Source of the DNA: Mobula hypostoma
Lineage: Eukaryota
Assembly (NCBI RefSeq): GCF_963921235.1
Contig: NC_086097.1
Span: forward strand, 138,138,001 to 138,202,000
Direction of reading: 5' to 3'
DNA: 64,000 nucleotides
Both the position numbers and the translations under genes were made by a program. The notes under the pieces are model-generated. The model saw only the letters and a program-made list of their open reading frames with translations. It did no database searches and had not been told where the DNA came from. This document shows, in pieces, positions 61,601 through 64,000 of the stretch; the first letter of the stretch is position 1, and the number at the start of each line of letters is the position of its first letter.

Positions 61601-64000
61601 GACACTGACCGCCCACAGACACTTCACTGACACTAACTGTACACAGACACTTCAACGACAGAATGTGCACAGACACTTCACTGACACTGACTGCACAGAC
61701 AGAAACATCAGTGACACAGACTGTACACAGACAGTTCACTGACACTGACTGTACACAGACAGACACCTCACTGACACTGTCTGTACACAGAAACTTCACT
61801 GACACTGACCGCACACAGACACTTCACAGACACAGACTGTACACAGACAGATGCTTCAGTGATACAGACCACCCACAGACACTTCACTAACACTGACTGT
61901 ACACAGACACTTCACTTACACTGACTGTACACAGACAGACACCTCACTGACACTGTCTGTACACAGACACTTCACTGACACTGACCGCACACAGACACTT
62001 CACAGACACAGACTGTACACAGATAGATGCTTCAGTGATACAGACCACCCACAGACACTTCACTAACACTGACTGTACGCAGACACTTCACTGACACAGA
62101 CTGTACACAGACACTTCACTGATACTGACTTTACACAGTTCACTGACACTGACTGTACACAGACAGAAACTGCAGTGACACAGACTGTACACAGACAGAC
62201 ACTTCACTCACACAGACTGCACAGACAGACACTTCACTGACACAGACTGTACACAGACAGACATTTCATTGACACTGACTGTACACAGACAGACACTTCA
62301 CTGACACAGACAGCACACAGACAGACACTTCACTTACACTGACTGTACACAGACAGACACCTCACTGACACTGTCTATACACAGAAACTTCACTGACACT
62401 GACCGCACACAGACAGACATTTCACTGACACTGACTGTACACCGACACACACTTCACTGACACAGACTGTACACAGACACTTCACTGACACAGACTGTAC
62501 ACTGACACTTCACTGACACAGACCGAACACAGACACTTCACTTACACTGACTGTACACAGACAGACACCTCACTGACACTGTCTGTACACAGAAACTTCA
62601 CTGACACTGACCGCACACAGACACTTCACAAACACAGACTGCACACAGACAGACATTTTACTGACAATGACTGTACACCGACAGACACTTCACTGACTCA
62701 GACAGACACTTCACTGACACTGACCACACACAGAAACTTCACTGACACAGACTGCACACAGACAGACATTTTACTGACAATGACTCTACACCGACAGACA
62801 CTTCACTGAAACACACTGCACCCAGACAGACACTTCACTGACAGAGACTGCACACACAGACACTTCACTGACACTGACTGTACACAGACAGAAAGTTCAG
62901 TGACACAGACTGTATACACACACGTCACTGACAGACTGTACACAGACACTTCACTGACACAAACTGTATACAGTTCACTAACACAGACTGTACACAGACA
63001 CTTCACTGACATAGACTGCACCCAGGCAGACATTTCACTGACACTGACAGTACACCGACAGACACTTCACTGAAACAGACTGTACACAGACACTTCACTG
63101 ACACAAACTGTATACAGACATTTCACTGACACTGACTGTACACAGACAGAAACTTCAGTGACACAGACTGTACACAAACACTTCACTGACACACACCGTA
63201 CACAGACACTTCACTGACACAGACTGTATACAGTTCACTAACACAGACTGTACACAGACCCTTCACTGACACTGACTGTACACAGACACTTAACTGACTC
63301 TGACTGTACACAGACAGACATTTCACTGACACTGACTGTACACAGACAGACACTTCACTGACTCAGACAGACACTTCACTGACACTGACCACACACAGAC
63401 ACTTCACTGACACAGACTGTACACAGACAGAAACTTCATTGACACTGACTCTACACAGACACTTCACTGACACAGACTGTACACAAACAGACACTTCACT
63501 GCCACAGACTGTACACAGACACTTCACTGACACAGACTGTACACAGATAGATTCTTCACTAACACAGACTGCACACAGACAGACACTTCACTGACACAGA
63601 CTGCACAAAGACACTTCACTGACAGACTGTGCACAGACACTTCACTGACACTGACTGTACACAGACACTTCACTGACACTGACTGTACACAGACAGACAC
63701 TTCACTGACACTGACTGCACACAGACACTTCACTGACACTGACTACACACAGACACTTCACTGACACTGACCGCCCACAGACACTTCACTGACACTAACT
63801 GTACACAGACAGACACTTCAACGACAGAATGTGCACAGACACTTCACTGACACTGACTGCACAGACAGAAACATCAGTGACACAGACTGTACACAGACAG
63901 TTCACTGACACTGACTGTACACAGACACTTCACTGACACAGACTGTACACAGACAGACAGTACATTGACACTGACTGTACACAGACACTTCACTGACACA
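46665..64000. repeat. Same tandem satellite array, right arm
   Basis: The monomer resumes in register and orientation right after the LINE tail (TACACAAACACTTCACTGACACTAAC...) and continues off the window end. Confidence 0.99.
58200..64000. repeat. About 2.1-2.2 kb higher-order repeat, about 3 more divergent copies
   Basis: Marker CACTTAACTGACTCTGAC at 59013, 61097, 63287 (spacings 2084, 2190), travelling with CACACCGTA, GACCCTTCAC and CACTGCCACAG variants. Confidence 0.82.

Noticed and set aside
61663..61890. Plus-strand 75-aa Thr-rich ORF
   Set aside because: It begins at a chance ATG in the variant monomer GACAGAATGTGCAC and is pure satellite translation.
396..63739. Dozens of minus-strand Val/Ser/Cys-rich ORFs (SVSEVSVCVQSVSVKCLCT repeats) as a repetitive structural protein gene
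   Set aside because: Each monomer has a TGA in one minus-strand frame. Alternating 28- and 32-bp monomers (60 bp = 20 codons) avoid it only temporarily. The purely satellite ORFs are at most about 120 aa, mostly start at GTG rather than ATG, and end whenever the 28/32 alternation breaks.
1..64000. CRISPR-like array with an associated reverse transcriptase, or a retron, DGR or telomerase-like system templating the repeats
   Set aside because: There are no unique spacers between repeats and no cas or accessory genes. The RT is a 5'-truncated CR1 LINE fragment with its own 3' UTR and tail, shares no sequence with the monomer, and interrupts a monomer whose intact paralogues exist elsewhere, so it is a passenger insertion.
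1..64000. Telomeric repeat array
   Set aside because: The strand asymmetry is telomere-like, but there are no TTAGGG/CCCTAA tracts or G-runs. Chromosomal position cannot be determined from this window.
1..64000. V(D)J recombination signal sequences (CACAG../CACTG.. resemble the heptamer)
   Set aside because: I saw no CACAGTG heptamer paired with an ACAAAAACC nonamer at 12/23-bp spacing, and there are no Ig/TCR gene segments.

Overview
About 98% of this window (1-45585 and 46665-64000) is one eukaryotic tandem satellite/minisatellite array. The monomer is CACTTCACTGACAC(T/A)GACTGTACACAGA (28 bp), often extended by CAGA to 32 bp; I estimate roughly 2,100 monomers, all in one orientation. Diagnostic variants show a nested, changing higher-order structure: a 148-bp 5-mer, a 572-bp unit, and periods of about 1.35-1.39, 3.1-3.9, 4.1-4.8, 3.06, 1.4-1.5 and 2.1-2.2 kb in successive domains. 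The only non-satellite DNA is a 5'-truncated CR1-clade LINE of about 1.08 kb (45585-46664, + strand). It carries an uninterrupted C-terminal ORF2 fragment (RT motifs SGVPQGSVLGP and FADD), a structured 3' UTR, a (TTTCTATG)3 tail and a TGTA duplication/microhomology at the junctions. From recall, its 3' end resembles elasmobranch (shark/ray) CR1/HER1-type LINEs. Several LINE-free paralogues of the insertion site occur in the same array. The Val/Ser/Cys-rich ORFs in the track are artefacts of 28+32=60-bp phasing. I find no host genes, RNA genes or CRISPR array, and no support for a new RT-plus-array system; the interest lies in satellite evolution and a young LINE insertion.
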